The notes under the pieces are model-generated. The model saw only the letters and a program-made list of their open reading frames with translations, had not been told where the DNA came from and made no database searches. Below are positions 24,860 to 38,853 of a stretch of DNA of 64,000 nt, in pieces. The DNA comes from Marsupella aquatica (taxonomy: Eukaryota > Plantae > Marchantiophyta), in contig OZ316893.1 in NCBI GenBank assembly GCA_973895155.1, forward strand, positions 9,363,839 to 9,427,838, in the 5' to 3' direction. Position numbers and translations under genes: made by a program. Numbering within the stretch: position 1 is the first letter of the stretch; each line of letters opens with the position of its first letter.

Positions 24860-26011
24860 CCGACATTGAGGACACACCATGATCCACTAGGAATCACCTG
24901 CAATGGTGGTGTCAAACATGACATGTGCCATCCTCTAGAACATTTATCACAAATCAACATATATAGTAGCTGCTCCCTGGGCAGATCCACACAACATACA
25001 TTTCAAGCCAGCACGAACATGTGCCAGGCTTGGATCTACTGTACCATCAATGTTGGGAAGGTGACATGGTGCACAGTTGCGCACATGATCCTTCCAAACC
25101 ATACCATCGCGTCCCTCCAACATCAGGACACTAGAAGGCAACACTTCATGCACACGTAAGATTTTCCGGCCTGCGGTCACATCAAGTGTCGTGGGTGTTG
25201 TTTGCTGCAAATAAACATAATCATCAGGATGAAATCATTGAATGCTTGCACGGTAACCTCCTCCACGAATAGTGGCATACCTCAAAGTATCACAATGTTG
25301 GGGAATGGCAAGGTTGTCAAAAGCCATGGGCATCACTCTTTGAAATACCCGTGCTCTCTCTGAACACATCTTGACCCAAACATCAAGATCATCCAAGTTC
25401 ACAACTGGTGCAGCATCACGACGAATAGCTGCTAGCAAATCTGGCTCTCTACCATAGAGCAAAAAGTAAGGTGAGAAGGATGCAAGTGATGCTTGCCGAC
25501 TGAAATGGTAGCCCATAGCTAACCAAGGTAACTAGAGATTCCAATCTCCCAGGTGACCAACCTGCAAGCCATACTTACGCAATCCTCTCTTCATAGTCTG
25601 CACAACTCTCTTAGCTAATCCATCTGCCTCAGGATGATCACGAGAGGTAGTACGATGATCAATCAGAGCTTGCTCACACAAATTCTCAAACTCTCCATGG
25701 AACTCAGTTCCCTGATCAGTCAACACCTCAACTAGTGCTCCAAAATGACTGAGTACACGATCCAAAAATGTAGCAGCAACTCCTCCACTGGCTTTATCTG
25801 GCAACGCCATTAGCTCAATCCACTTGGAGAAGTGCTCCACCATGAACAAAACATACCAATGATGACATTGGGTAAGAGGTAATGGACCAGCAAAATCCAA
25901 ACTCCATGATCGGCAACGGGTGCAACTGGGGAGTGGGAGCATTAAATGATGCTATCACTCTATCACATACCACACACTTAGCTATCAACTGCTGGACATG
26001 AGTGTGCATAC
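24860..26011 (-). pseudogene. Ty3/gypsy integrase remnant with C-terminal PHD finger
   Basis: CVVCDR zinc-binding end, WSLDFAGPLP, VLTDQGTEF, HPEADGLAKR, SPYFLLYGREP; frameshifted CMLC..LICDKCSRGWHMSCLTPPL..W.CPQC. Confidence 0.85.
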
Positions 26012-29000
26012 TGTTATGATTTACTCTTAGATCTAGAGTTACGACTATATCGTAGTTAAGGCTAACCTTAGTTGCAGACTTGGTTAGGTTAGTCATGCTG
26101 TGCACACTCTATAACCAAGAGATGTTTGTTTGGAGAGACGGAACTCAGGCTCATTGTTACGGAGCCAGTTGAGAGATAGGGAGAGCTTGCACTATGGATG
26201 CTTGGTATGGCCGGTCGGCCTAGAGTGCAGTAAAGCTCTTGTGTGTTCCCGTGGATGTAGCCTCATGTGGAGATGAACCACGTATCTCTTTGTGTCGACT
26301 ACTGTGCGTTGGATGATTCATGGGCTTGCCGTTGTGATTGTCGTCTATGCTCAATAATTGGTATCAGAGCATGCCTGGGAGGTGATGAGGTTTTTTCATG
26401 ACGGTTTTCCAGCGTTCAGTGTCGGTGTTGCATTTGGAGTTTCATCGCATGAAACTCAAATGTGTGTGGCTAAGCAGATAGATTAGTGAGAGGGCTTTCT
26501 ATCGGTGTATAGAACTCACTAGTTGGTATCCGTGGTGCGGAGGAATCGGAGTTTGCGTCGTTCTGGATTTATTTGTGTTTGATAGTTTTTTGGGGGAGAG
26601 ACCAGAGCTCGTGTTTTCAACGGTGTGAGCTATGTGGTGCTGGAGGCGTCACATGTTATAGCTCAAGTTGGAGGTTAAGGAGAGCTGATCGTTTCGGTAC
26701 CTGAGTTGCTACCGAGTGGTTACCGAGTGCGTCGTGACGAGTGAAAGAAGCGTTCAGGTTTTTTCACAGGGTATGGAGCTTGTTCCCATCTGAACCGGGT
26801 TTCTCATCGTGACGTCCGACTCGGAGGAAGAAACGCAAAGTGCTACGGCTCAACAGTGAGATCGCGGCGAGGCGATTGTTTTGAGTCAGGGATTGGCACT
26901 TGACGCGGAGTGATGGCGACGTGACAGAAGTTTTTTCTTTGCTGGAGCAGCAGAGTGTGCCGGTGCAATTTGATAACTTTTTCCGTCGGTGGCATTCACT
27001 TTCCTCATGTAAACGGCAGCGGCAAAGGTGTGTAATCAACACAGTTTTCTTTGGAGTCATTTTTGTTTTTAAAGGGGTTTTTAAACACCCTTTTTGGTGT
27101 ATATTGTGTGTGAATACACACACAATATTGGCCGGTCTTGTACCCCCGTTTTCTCTCTCGTTTGCAGTCGCAACGACAAGCTGCGCAGCGCCGGCCGGCA
27201 CTTTTCGCGCGCTCGTACGCCCTCCGCCAGTCGATGCCGCGGCCCCGTCCCGTCATCGTATGCCCAGCCCTTAGTGTACTCACGGCTGCGTATGCAGCTG
27301 CTTCGTCCCCCGCGCCCTTCGTACACCCTTGCGCGACCCCGGCCCGGCCCCTTTATACGTGCATTTTTCTTAAGGGGCCTTAAAACCCCTTTTGGGCCCG
27401 GTTTTATTTTATTCCTCCCCCCTCCTCATTGGTTGTGCCGCATCCCAAGCCTTGTGACCCTCCATTTTAACCGCTTAGACAGGGGGAACGGCCCTCTATG
27501 AGACCTGTCGGACTGTGCGGGAATATTCCCAAAAAACAGAGAGTTGTTTTTTGGCCGTCCGACAAAAATTCTGCGCGCCGAATGGTAATTTTTTTGGTTC
27601 TTTTTTGGCGAGGTCGTAGCCATTGAAGTTAGCAACGCGGCGCACCAATCGAATTGCAATTTCGACGATGGGTTGTACTTGGCATTTTGGTTATTCCCTG
27701 AGGTGGTCAAAACAGGGGAGTTTCCCAAGGTTTTACCCACCCCGACCAAAATTTGAATAACTTTTCCGTCGAACTTCAATTTTGATTTTGGTTTTCAATG
27801 TTGGACTCCTAGCTTTGTGGGCTACGCGGCGGTGTTTAGTTTTGAGTTTTTTGAGAACTTGTAAAAAATGACATTTTTTCGTGATTTTCTCATATGAGTG
27901 ATTTGGAGGAGATTTTTGAAGACGTGGAACTTGAAGCACGAGGATCATCGCGACGGTTTGAGGTGGAGAGAGAGGAGCAGGAGAAAGAGCACGTGACACC
28001 GATACCATCACCGGTGTGGCGTGTGGTGGAGGAAGCAGTACTACTACTGGAGCTCACGGTAGTGCCAAAGAAGAAGATGGGGACTTTCAAGCTTGGGGGA
28101 CCCAAATATGAAGTGACAAAGTATGATGGGGGCTCTGACTACTTGCTATGGGAGAAGCAGGTGAAGGGAGTGCTCTATGCATCAGGGATGGGCCAACTGC
28201 TGAGCCCTTGTGAAGACGATGTTGATGAGAAACAATGGGACCGCATGCAGGAGCAGGGAGTGTGGTGTGTTACACTCTATCTCATGCCTCCCATCATCAA
28301 GCAGTTGGGTGCACATAAGGATTGCATGTCCTTGTGTTGAGGAATTGCAGAGCAAGTATCACCGCAAGGAGTTGTCGAACCGACTCTACACTTCCTACAA
28401 ATTGATGAGTTTCAGGATGAAGGAATTCGGTACGAAGTTGCAAGACCATGTGGATGCTTTCAACGACATGGTCGTTGACTTGGAAAACCTTGGGGAGACT
28501 TTGAATGATGAGACGAAGGCTCTGCAGCTTCTCAGTTCATTGCCTCCATCTTACCAGTCCCTATCACGAGTGTTGTTGCATCGTGATAGGGATACCATTT
28601 CATACAATGATGTGGTAAGTTCTCTGCTTAGTGATGATCTTCAGCAAAAGATGCACATCACGTCACAGCCTTCATCATCTGGTACTGCCCTCAATGTTAA
28701 CCGTGGGAGGAGTATGCAGCGACCAACTGGGGACCGTAGAACCCAGTTTAGATCTAAATCCAAATCTAAGTTCAGGGGTAAATTCCCTCAGAGGAGGCAG
28801 ATGACATGTTGGAAGTGCAACCAAGTTGGACACTTCAAGTGAGATTGTAAGGGAAAGGCAGCGGAAACTTCATTGGCAAATGTGGCTAGGGCTGATGGAG
28901 AAGCTGATTTACTCAATGATGAGTATATTTTATGAAGTCGGGGGTATGCCCTGTGCACGTCATCTAGGAGAGCAGATGATGTATGGATTTTTGATTGTGC

Positions 29001-29717
29001 TTGCTCTTTTCATATTTGTTACATTTGTGAGTTTTTCAGTTCTTACTCTATTTCAAACGGTTCAATTCTGATGGGAAATGATCACTCCTGTCAAATTGAG
29101 GGAATTGGGTCTGTGAAGATTCAAATGTTTGATGGCGCTGTGCGCACAGTGTCCGGAGTCAGGTATGTACCTGGCATGCGTAAGAATCTAATTTCACTCG
29201 GTGTGTTGGATTCAAATGGTCATCAATGGAGCGTTATTGATGGTGAACTTCAAGTCAGGTCGAGAGAGACAGTGATTTTGAAGGGGAGCAGACAGAAGAA
29301 TTTGTATGTGTTACAGGGCAATACTGTATGTGGAGAGGCCAATGTAACCAAGTCTCACGAGGAGATGACTCAACTGTGGCATTCACGGCTAGGCCACATG
29401 AGTGAGAAAGGTTTGGCTATCTTATGGAAGAATGGACTCATATCTGATTTGCAATCTTGTAAATTAGAGTTCTGTGAGCATTGCATTCTTGGAAAGCAGC
29501 ATCGTCGTGCTTTCGGTGTTGGAACTCATCGTTCCAAAGCAGTTCTTGAGTATATACATAGTGACGTGTGGGGTCCATCCCCGACTCCCTCACACTCTGG
29601 AAAGTTGTACTATGTATCATTTATTGACGATTACTCAAGATTTGTGTGGATTTATTTCATGATGCATAAGTCTGATGTCTTGTCCATTTTTAAGAAGTGG
29701 AAGGCCCAGGTGGAGAG
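26012..29717 (+). mobile_element. Ty1/copia retrotransposon, 5' half (LTR, PBS, long UTR, gag, protease, truncated integrase)
   Basis: LTR 26012-26356 starts TGTTA; tRNA-iMet PBS tggtatcagagc at 26359-26370; interrupts the gypsy integrase; cut off at about 29718. Confidence 0.92.
27894..29717 (+). pseudogene. Copia gag-protease-integrase with frameshifts and stops
   Basis: KYDGGSDYLLW, LLSSLPPSY, knuckle CWKCNQVGH, VRYVPGMRKNLISLG, LWHSRLGHMS, CEHC, HSDVWGP, FIDDYSR. Confidence 0.9.
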
Positions 29718-30320
29718 ACACACCAAGACCACCGGGAGACTCAAAACCATTGGTTACCGCCTTGCTAAAAATTGATTTCGCTTCATCACACACACATTCC
29801 TTCGATGAACACGGGGCTCACTCTGAACACAGGTTGACGCCAAATGTAGCCTCTATGCCAAAGAAACAATTGTTGGTCTCCCCCTCACACCATAGCTTTT
29901 CTTAAATAAAAAACTACAAATCCTTCGGGTGAAGTGATGGCTGGTTCATTTTGTGTGTTCTTCCCACCGAATCGACAAGCGCTCTTTTGTCAATAGTTGA
30001 GTGTTATCCTCCAATCTGTCTTGTGGCACTAATGCTCAATGTAACTCAGAACGATCAATCAAGAATGGTAGAAACATGATTTCTCCAATGTGTAAGCAAA
30101 AACCATGAAAAACTCAATTCCTTCACATTCAACCTTCCATTTGATAAACCAAAAAGATCATCTCCACCAAATCGATGTCCTCTATCTTTCAAGCGTTCTC
30201 TTCTGTACGAGCACGCACCAAGACCACCGGGAGACTCAAAGCCATTGGTTACCGCCTTGCTGAAAATTGATTTTGCTTCATCACACATACATTCCTTCGA
30301 TGAACACGAGGGTCCACAAA
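29718..30320 (-). repeat. Inverted copy of the 23.0-23.5 kb repeat with about 100 bp directly repeated at its ends
   Basis: caccaagaccaccgggagactcaaa..tcgatgaacacg at about 29721 and again at about 30216. Confidence 0.8.
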
Positions 30321-31844
30321 TTAATTATTTATTGTAATTGTAAATAATGGTGAGCAAGTGAGATATCTCACTTTTTGAGATACAGGTTAGTAACTGCCTT
30401 TTTGATCATCAGATTAAAATTACAAAAATATAAAAATTGAGGTTTCCTTCTAAAAATACCTTTCTCAAAAGAACACAGGGTGAAACTCCGGGTTTGCAAA
30501 AATGCCCAGATAGACTCACACAACTTGCATGGAGACATGAGAGTGAAATGTGACAACAAAAGAAGCTAGTGAGCTATCTTTGGAAAATTGGTAGCTTTCT
30601 CTAGTCTTTAAGAAAGTTGTTGCTATTAGGCTCATTGGAAAAATCTTTCCAAGTTATTTCTAAGAAGCCCAAGAAAGGCGGACTTGGTTAAATAAGAATG
30701 GAGAAATTTAAAGGAAAAAAATTGCTATTCAAAACTCTTTGGAGGCAGAAAAAGTGTTGATGAGTGAGTTTGTAAGGGGTGTCATTGGTCCATGAGCTTG
30801 GTTTATCTGGACGTACTTTTCCATACTTTACTGACCAGTTAAGTGAAACAATGCTTTATATGATGGGACCAAATTTGGGTAGGCTGTGAATCAGTTGTGC
30901 TAGTGGGAGGTATCCAAGGAGAGAGGTCTGTGACGCACTTAAATCTGCAGCATTAGATCTTCAGACTTAAGAGTACTACGGGACTTGGCATCTAGGGTCT
31001 TAAATGAACAAGGAAGGTGCCAAATTTGGTCCACGAAAACTCATTTTTCTCGTTCCAGAGGTAGGGAGCAAAATGGTAGGTCAGTATTTGGGGGAAACTT
31101 ACCAACTAAAAAAATTCACTGATGGGAGTCTATCAATATTAGTTTGGAGTAGCAACTGAGTTTACTTGTTGCACGGGAATAGCACTAGAAGATGGAATGG
31201 ACGAGGGTGTAACTCCAGACCAGTCAAACATAGATAATATCTATCAATTACTTTCATGTGGGTTACAGCACCTCCACTGAACTACTACCTTTGGAAGTAT
31301 CTTCACATCTGATGATCCAATAAAATGTATAGTTGCCACCGATTGAATGCATTCACGTTGAGGCTAGGCTAAATTTTGAAGCTGGAGATTTGACAACAGG
31401 TAACTCCCTCTAAGTGCACACTATGGGGAAAATGGATCCAACATGCACTAAATCAGGTGTTGCATTCCTTGATAGGTGCACACCCCTAAAAAGTACAGTG
31501 ATAGATAATTGTACATGATTTACTTTGTTACATGTGTAACGGGCCCCTCCATCAGTGACCCAATCAGTGAGCAGCCTCATACCGTGTATCCCTGCCCTAA
31601 ACTCTGTGCCCAAACTCCTTAAGGGGTATTTTAATTCTACTAAGAATGGGCATGCATTTTTAAGTAAATGCAATTTTAAGGGATTGTGCATTTACCAATA
31701 AGTGCATAAAGACGGTCATCAATTGTAAGCACTTTTGAAGTTGTTATTCAGTGAAATGATTCCAGGAGACTGTGTGCTGCTCAGACAATATGCTTAAAAA
31801 GTGTTTCGTTGTACAATAAAAGGGAAGAACAGGACACCATGCGG

Positions 31845-32075
31845 GAAGAACAGGATGTACAGTGTGTGCTTGGCCAGAGCCGACTGTTTGAGTTACCTTA
31901 TGAAGTGTATGCTTAGACAGAGCCGTGTACTGTACAGGAGTTGCACTACTTATAGGGTACGAACAGGATGTACAGTGTGTGCTTAGACAGAGCCTACTGT
32001 ATGTGTTATCTGATGAAGTGTGTACTTAGACAGAGCCGAATGTACTGTACAGGAGTTGTGCTACTTATAGGGTAA
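31845..32075. repeat. Degenerate tandem repeat of about 110 bp
   Basis: gaacaggatgtacagtgtgtgctt twice; cttagacagagcc three times. Confidence 0.7.
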
Positions 32076-33272
32076 TGAAGGTTTGGTCTGGGGTTACTAG
32101 CCTGTAACCCTGTGACTAGAAAATGAGGAAATGCTAACCGACAATAGCCAGGAAGCTTTTCTGAGCTCGTGGAAACAGGTTTCAGACTGGAACCCAGCCC
32201 AAACAGTCTATCATACATAATACCTGTCAGGAAAAAAGATTACCAGATAAGACTTCCGGGCACAGGGTTATGGAAGGGTTATGGAAATGGTAGTACCTAG
32301 TAGAAATGTCACACCAGTAAAATTTCTTCCTGACAAGAATGACAGTATTTGTACTCCCAAGTGTAAACCCAAGTACATTAAGTGCTACAAATCAAGGCCC
32401 ATGCAAACTGGTGTGTGCTGCTACCGTAGGATACTCCCTGGGAAGTGGAACAACATTCCACACTATACGCATACCCTCACCTCCGGTTTCTTAGGACTAC
32501 CCATGTCACTTATTCCCACCTGCCTGGTCCAATTCTGCCCGATTGTCCAGATTGACAGTTTGTTCATTCAATTATGTATCTCCATGTGATCGACGAATAT
32601 TGTTCCCGGTCCAGGTCATTGCCTCATGGCTGCTGCTCGTTTAACATTCAAATAGAGGTAAAAGATGACGAGATTTCAACTTCTGCTGGCAAAGATAATA
32701 TGCATTACCGAGGACGGCATTCGGGTTCTGAAATGAAGAGGGCGAAGGGAGATCAGAACCCAACTCGAACAGGCAGTGCTGCTAGGCAGACAGTAGAATG
32801 GATTGAACTTTGCGTTAAGCTTCATAATTATGTGCTGAATATGCATGACATCTGGACCACAAAGACCAAAAAATCATAGTTAAGAGTGAGATGGATACAT
32901 AAGACTCAGAGGGGGACCTACAGTTGAGATCATCTATGACGATGCAATGTCGAGCTATGCAGAGACAGGGCAAGTACTGCAGACAAACTCGTGAGCGTTT
33001 TCTCCGTTAAGAAATGCCTTGTGAGTAGTGGATCTTGAGAGGCGGGTTAAAGGAGACCGCCCTCAAATCAATTGTAAGCGTGAGCTTTTGTAAATGCTGA
33101 TTCGTAACGATGTTTTTTCCCAACTAACGATGAATCCCAACTGTAGGGACCTACAATTTATTTGATTGTCATTGGTGGCTTGCATTGCACACCCAAATTG
33201 ATTTGCTGTGGACACTGCAACTACTCTAAGCCAGACTAACTGACTGCCACCACAGACGACAACAGAGGTCAA

Positions 33273-35262
33273 TTACAAATTATTTAAGCTGAAATTCCAT
33301 TTCATGTGCACGAAGTACCCAGATCCATCGGAGGGCAGCTGGTACTCATCAGTTATACACAAGGACAATCCCTCTGTGTAGTTGATGAGTCTAGGTGCAT
33401 GATTTGACAGTCGAGTGCAAGCAGACATAAGCTGGTCAGGGCTTAGTTTCCTGTCAAATCGCAAGTGCCGGAGTCGTAGTTTTGTTCTGACATGTGTCCT
33501 CAAATCCTCTAACCTTTTTTCTGTGAGCTTAAATTTTCTTCTGTATCCTAGAGCTTTATCCCCAGTCTGCTCAATAAACTTGTACAAACTTGTAAATTCT
33601 GTCCTAACTGGTACTTTGACACAACCCGTATCCTCATCCACTGAAGGAGATTCAACTCCGCTCACCATAACAGGAAGCTCAGAGAACCCACCACCTCCAA
33701 CTGTACCATGTTCAGTTGCTCCATCCTCCAGTCGATTCAAGAAACATGAATAATCAGGATGAAGGGCAAGGCCATCATCAGTAAAGATCAGCTCCACACC
33801 CATAAGCCGAGCCACTTTAGCTTCCTGTACCTGTCTTGATTTTGCTGCAACTCTTCGGCTAGATGCAAGTACTAGGTCTGCCTGGTGCATAAATTGGATC
33901 CATACCTCAACACTGTCTGCACTATGGAGCCACAGACGACCCAGGAAATCTACTTTATAGCTATTTCCGATGATGAATGTGCTTCCACTCAAATTGAATT
34001 CTGTGCATCCATCCACTGCCTTGGCCAACCTTTCCAGAAGCTGCACTTGTACTTGCACAGGGACCTCCTCTACAGGAGCACGGAACAAGACTCTTACTCC
34101 TCTTCCTATATACAAAGCATTGCTAATAAGACTTAGCTGTTGTTGCAGACTAAGTTGTGATGCTTCACTCTGCCTCTGAAGTTCTGATGCTTGCTGGAAT
34201 AAGTCCGGAAGGTTAGACCTTTCATCAACTTCGGGTAAATTTATCGACAGGCCACATGCAGCAAAAAGCTTCCCGATCGATTTCCTTGTGGTTGGAAGAA
34301 ATTCATGCTCATGGGAACTTCGACCTCGGGTCTGGGGTGGAGGCAGAGATATCTCTACTTTTTCCAACGAGTCATCACTTGCCTTGCCTCGGATATAGAA
34401 CTCAAAGTGGTACGCGAAACGTTTAGTAGCTTCTCCTCCCTTTGCAGTGGTCAAGTACTCCTGCAGAAGCTGAAATGACTTCTGGTTCGTCGCCTGTAAT
34501 GAGTAAGCTACCAAGTCATTTCATAAATACAACTATTTTACAGAAAGCCCTACATGAATTTGTAAACATCGATCATCAGTGATACTAAGATCTTCAGCTA
34601 TTTTGAAAGGAGCAACCTCTTGACATAAACCACTTTTTGGAAAGTCCTGGTCCAAAACGAGGGGCAGCAGGGAGCGAAAGATAACGTGCAACAAATTGTT
34701 AACATATCTTCTGCTATTCATTTTACAATAAGAAGAACACACGAAATTGCCGAGACGTCTGTGCTGGAATAAGATGCCTATACGTGTTGGGATGCAAGAG
34801 TATGACATTGGGCCTTTGCAAGGAACCCACACACTAAGCAATTGAACCACTAGCACGGTGGGGTTGCGAATATGGTTGGTACAGAAGAAACAAAGACCTC
34901 CTGCCATTATCATCCGCAACGCGCAGTATCATCGTGAACCTGATGATTCTCTTCTTGAAAGACCCAAAACCTGTCTGAACTTTGCAAAGGATAACAATGT
35001 GGGAACCATTGGACCGACAACTGGACGTATCTCGTTTGGGTAAAGAGATCACCTGTTGAACAGGCTGATTGTGAAGAAGGTCAGGGTGAATGAGTTTGTA
35101 AAGACGACGCAGCTCTCCTTTCAAAGTACTTGTGCTGCCGGGCGAATCGTGTCCCTGTCGAGTGAGAATTGGAGCGCGCACCAAACAGGGATTCGGACCT
35201 GGACTCAGAATGGAACTCTGGACCTTCAAGGTCGGCCAGCTCCATCGCTTCCATGCCCGCAT
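33273..35262 (-). CDS. TCAIM-like (DUF4460/DUF4461) protein, 2 exons, about 476 aa, probable organellar presequence
   Basis: Exons 35262-35053 and 34493-33273 joined by a phase-0 GT-AG intron give LRRLYKLIHPDLLHNQPVQQATNQKSFQLLQEYL..FEFYIR..LFAACGL; C-terminus VHMKWNF. Confidence 0.8.
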
Positions 35263-37382
35263 TTGTCATCTACGACAAACCAAAACCACTTAGGTTTGTT
35301 CCTATACCACAAATAGCGCAAAACACCTACACAAATTAAACGGAGCAGCAAGGGCCATAAATGTCTGCTTGCTATGATTCATGCACAATCCATCAATGCT
35401 TCTTTAACTGGTTTAGATTGAATTTCTCGTACAGCCTTCCATAACGATACACCGTACGAGCTCCTGAGCTTTGTAATTCTTTTTGTTATGAATTATTGAC
35501 AGATATCTCTCACTGCTCAACGGATATCTGGCGATTGGCTCTCTCACTTCTCGACAACCCCAGAAAATCAACGGATTCAACAGCCTGAGAAAATAAATAT
35601 CCTCGTGCGAGAAGGCAGCTAGTCTTTCATCTTAACAATCGTACCAGGTGTCTTTACTGTGCTGCTTGTTGTCGCGTGCAGTATATGGCTGCCTACCTAC
35701 CTAAGACTCGTACCATAGTTCTTTTATCTTCGATTGCACTTCATTTTGTTTGAGCAACCAAGCAGTAAAATAACGTAGCCAGTCCCCCACTCTCCGGTGA
35801 GCACAATGAGTCCGGTATGCAACTGTGAGGACCAGTGGTACTATCTACCTACTTTATATGAACTAAGATTGTAATGTCTCGATATGTGCTAGTCTAACAT
35901 AGTAGTGCCTCAACTCTGTCAAAGGACCACATATTACCGACAGCAACGGTAGATCACAATTTTAGTTCGTTTAACAGGGTTAATTATTTACTGACTCGTT
36001 GCACTGTCAGATTCAACTTTCTCATCTTGAACTATCATGTCACACCTCTTTCGCCAATCGAAACCACATGGGGATTGAGAGCACTTTCAAGGTACCTGTG
36101 TGATATCCGCCGTGCCGTTTGTTAGTGAGACCGCTTCCTCTCTGTTACTTCAGCTCGATTGCTGCGCCCGATTGCATGTAACCTAGATAAAGCTTCCGGA
36201 TCTGGACCAAGGGCTTCATCACCACGACTGACTGCTAATTCAGATTGCATTCAAATAGAAAGTTTATGGGTCTGGATGTAGATATGGAGGAGCATGATCG
36301 AGACCAGAGAATAAGTGAAACCCTTCGCACGGAACTGAACAAGAGCCACGAGCCAGCAGGTTGATTGCTCTCGAAAACTAGCAACAGTTCGAGACCAAAA
36401 CGAGACGCACCTTGATTCCGATCTCTTCGTAGATTTCTTCAATACTGCAATTAGTTGTTACAATCTAATTAGTGTGACTGGTAAAGGGTGTGATTGGTAA
36501 ATTAGTCTTCCTAACTGTTTGAAAGTGGCACACAATTTTGGGTCATGAATTTCATAAGCTTCAACAAGTCCTTTCAAACTCAAGAGTCCAATGACAAAAT
36601 TCTGATCTGCAAATGCACTTCACACCACTTGGTTATCCCTGTGATTGTGGAAACTGGAAGACAAAAGAAATTACCCTTGGTGCCATCCTCACAAACGTCA
36701 TGAATTATTACCCTCTTTCTGGTAAATGCGTGTCAAAAATTAGCAGGTACACTGTGTATTGTGCCATGCAGCACATGATTCTTCATATCACAATATAGCA
36801 TACTCATCCTGGAACATGCTTTAGTTTTTGTCTTGTAGTGATCTGAAAGTAAATAAAATATGAGAAATAAAGTGTCTACCAAGAAAAGCACAGTGACCAA
36901 GAAAAGGTACAATCAAAAGATGCTACGATGTGTGCACTTAACTCAGGGTGCCTTATGACTGACACTCCTTTCAATAAAAACCATAAACCTAGAAAAGAAA
37001 AACACGAGGAGAACTTAAGAGGGTATGCATTCATGTTCTTCAACATCATTTCTCTCACTCTTGGTGGTGGAGCCTTTGGTTTCATCTCTAAGAAAACACA
37101 TATTGTGAAAGGGAAGGGGGCTGCCAAAATAAGTTCAAAACACTCTAGAATACCTAAAACTAAAAGGGTCTAAAAATTAATTAAAAATGTATAGAATACA
37201 AAGACTACCCCACATTTAGGAATAAGGCTTAGGGTTTAGGGTGACACAAAAATCTGAATAAGACAAAATCTGTAATGCTGAATAAGACAAAATCTATAAT
37301 GTGCATTCACCATATAGCAGCTTCAAAAATTAGCAGGTACACTGTGTATTGTGCCATGCAGCACATGATTCTTCATATCACA

Positions 37383-37535
37383 ATAAACCAGATTGCTCTT
37401 TTACATCACTTAGTGTTATTGTAATTTCTGATAATTAGACATTTACCCCAACTTTTTCATACTACAATAAACCAGATTGCTCTTTTATATCACTTAATGT
37501 TATTGTAATTTCTGATAATTATACATTTACCCCAA
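37383..37535. repeat. About 82-bp tandem duplication; 37324-37385 also duplicates 36733-36795
   Basis: caataaaccagattgctctttta..catttaccc twice; tcaaaaattagcaggtacactgtg..catatcacaata twice. Confidence 0.8.
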
Positions 37536-38677
37536 TTCAATTAGTACCTGATGTATTCCTTTTGGATTTTTGTACCATACTTGTGTATCTTACTTATAAA
37601 GCCCCAACTATAAGCTAGAGTGGTGGGCTAGGTTTTTAGAGTGAAGCCTCTAGACCCTAACTCCATGGCTCATTCATGTGGATGTAAAACTCATGACTAT
37701 GATGTATTTCAAAAATAAATAATGCATTAAAAATTGGGTTCTATGTCCACACCATAACATATGTGCATAGAAAAAAGTATGATATGTTATGAATAATTAT
37801 TAAAATGATGACATGCATGATAATTGTTTTTATCATTCAGAGAATGTGAGTAAAGTATATATTTTGGTGATATATTTATTGTCCTCCCCTCTATTCATGA
37901 TCAAAGAACAGGTAGTTGGGGCTAGTTTTATTGATAAGGCGCAACGCAAAGTTAATATATTTTGAGGGCTACAGTCTAGAAGTTTCACTCAGGACAGTTG
38001 CTCAGTAAGGTCAAAACTGACCGTGACTTGAAATAAAGACAAAATTGAAAGTGACGGTGGACAAAACCAGGGATGGGGGCAAAGATGACTAGGAAATAGC
38101 ATATGCTTCTTCGTAGTTGCAAATTTCTTTTTGTCTTCATCTCTATTTATGTTCAAGGAATAGATAATCAGGCTAGTCCTTATTGTCTACTACAAACTTC
38201 TGGAGGATATTATTTTTTTCTGACTTGTTCTTTCTATGTCCTAACTTTATTGTACATCAGAGTTTTCATATATACATTTAATATACTGTATAATAATATT
38301 TACTTGTTTTTTAATAAGTTAAAATCAGGATGTCTACTGAGTATCATGTCCTTCACCTTTTGACGCCATCGCCCTATGTCTAGTTCTGTTGTTAAATCGT
38401 CCCCAGTGCAGCAGGGGACCTTACTCTCTCTATACTGTATTTATTCTGCTCCCATAGGTAACATTGGTGCTGACACATATGATCAGCCTAATAACCCACA
38501 CAGACGTGATTCATGGCATGAATGTAAATAAACATTACATTGTCACCACTTTATGAATGTTACAAACAGGGCCCCAAATCTGAAAACTAACAAGACAGGA
38601 GACAATTGGAGAAAACAAATACACACACAATGTGGATTTCAATATATACTCATACACATGTCAAGTAGTCTCGGGGC

Positions 38678-38853
38678 AAGATTTGTTAAAACGTAGCTGA
38701 TGATCATAATGGAAGTCAAACAAAAAGATGAATGAATCAACAAGCAAGTGCATGGACAAACAAACAAGATTTGTCAAAACGTAGCTGATGATCATAACGG
38801 AATCTGAACAAAAGATGAATGAATCAACAAGCAATATGCATGGACAGACAAAC
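38678..38853. repeat. About 88-bp tandem duplication
   Basis: aagatttgt.aaaacgtagctgatgatcataa..gcatggaca twice. Confidence 0.8.

Noticed and set aside
26764-27779. Overlapping ORFs in the copia leader
   Set aside because: GC-rich 5' UTR; ORFs on both strands without motifs
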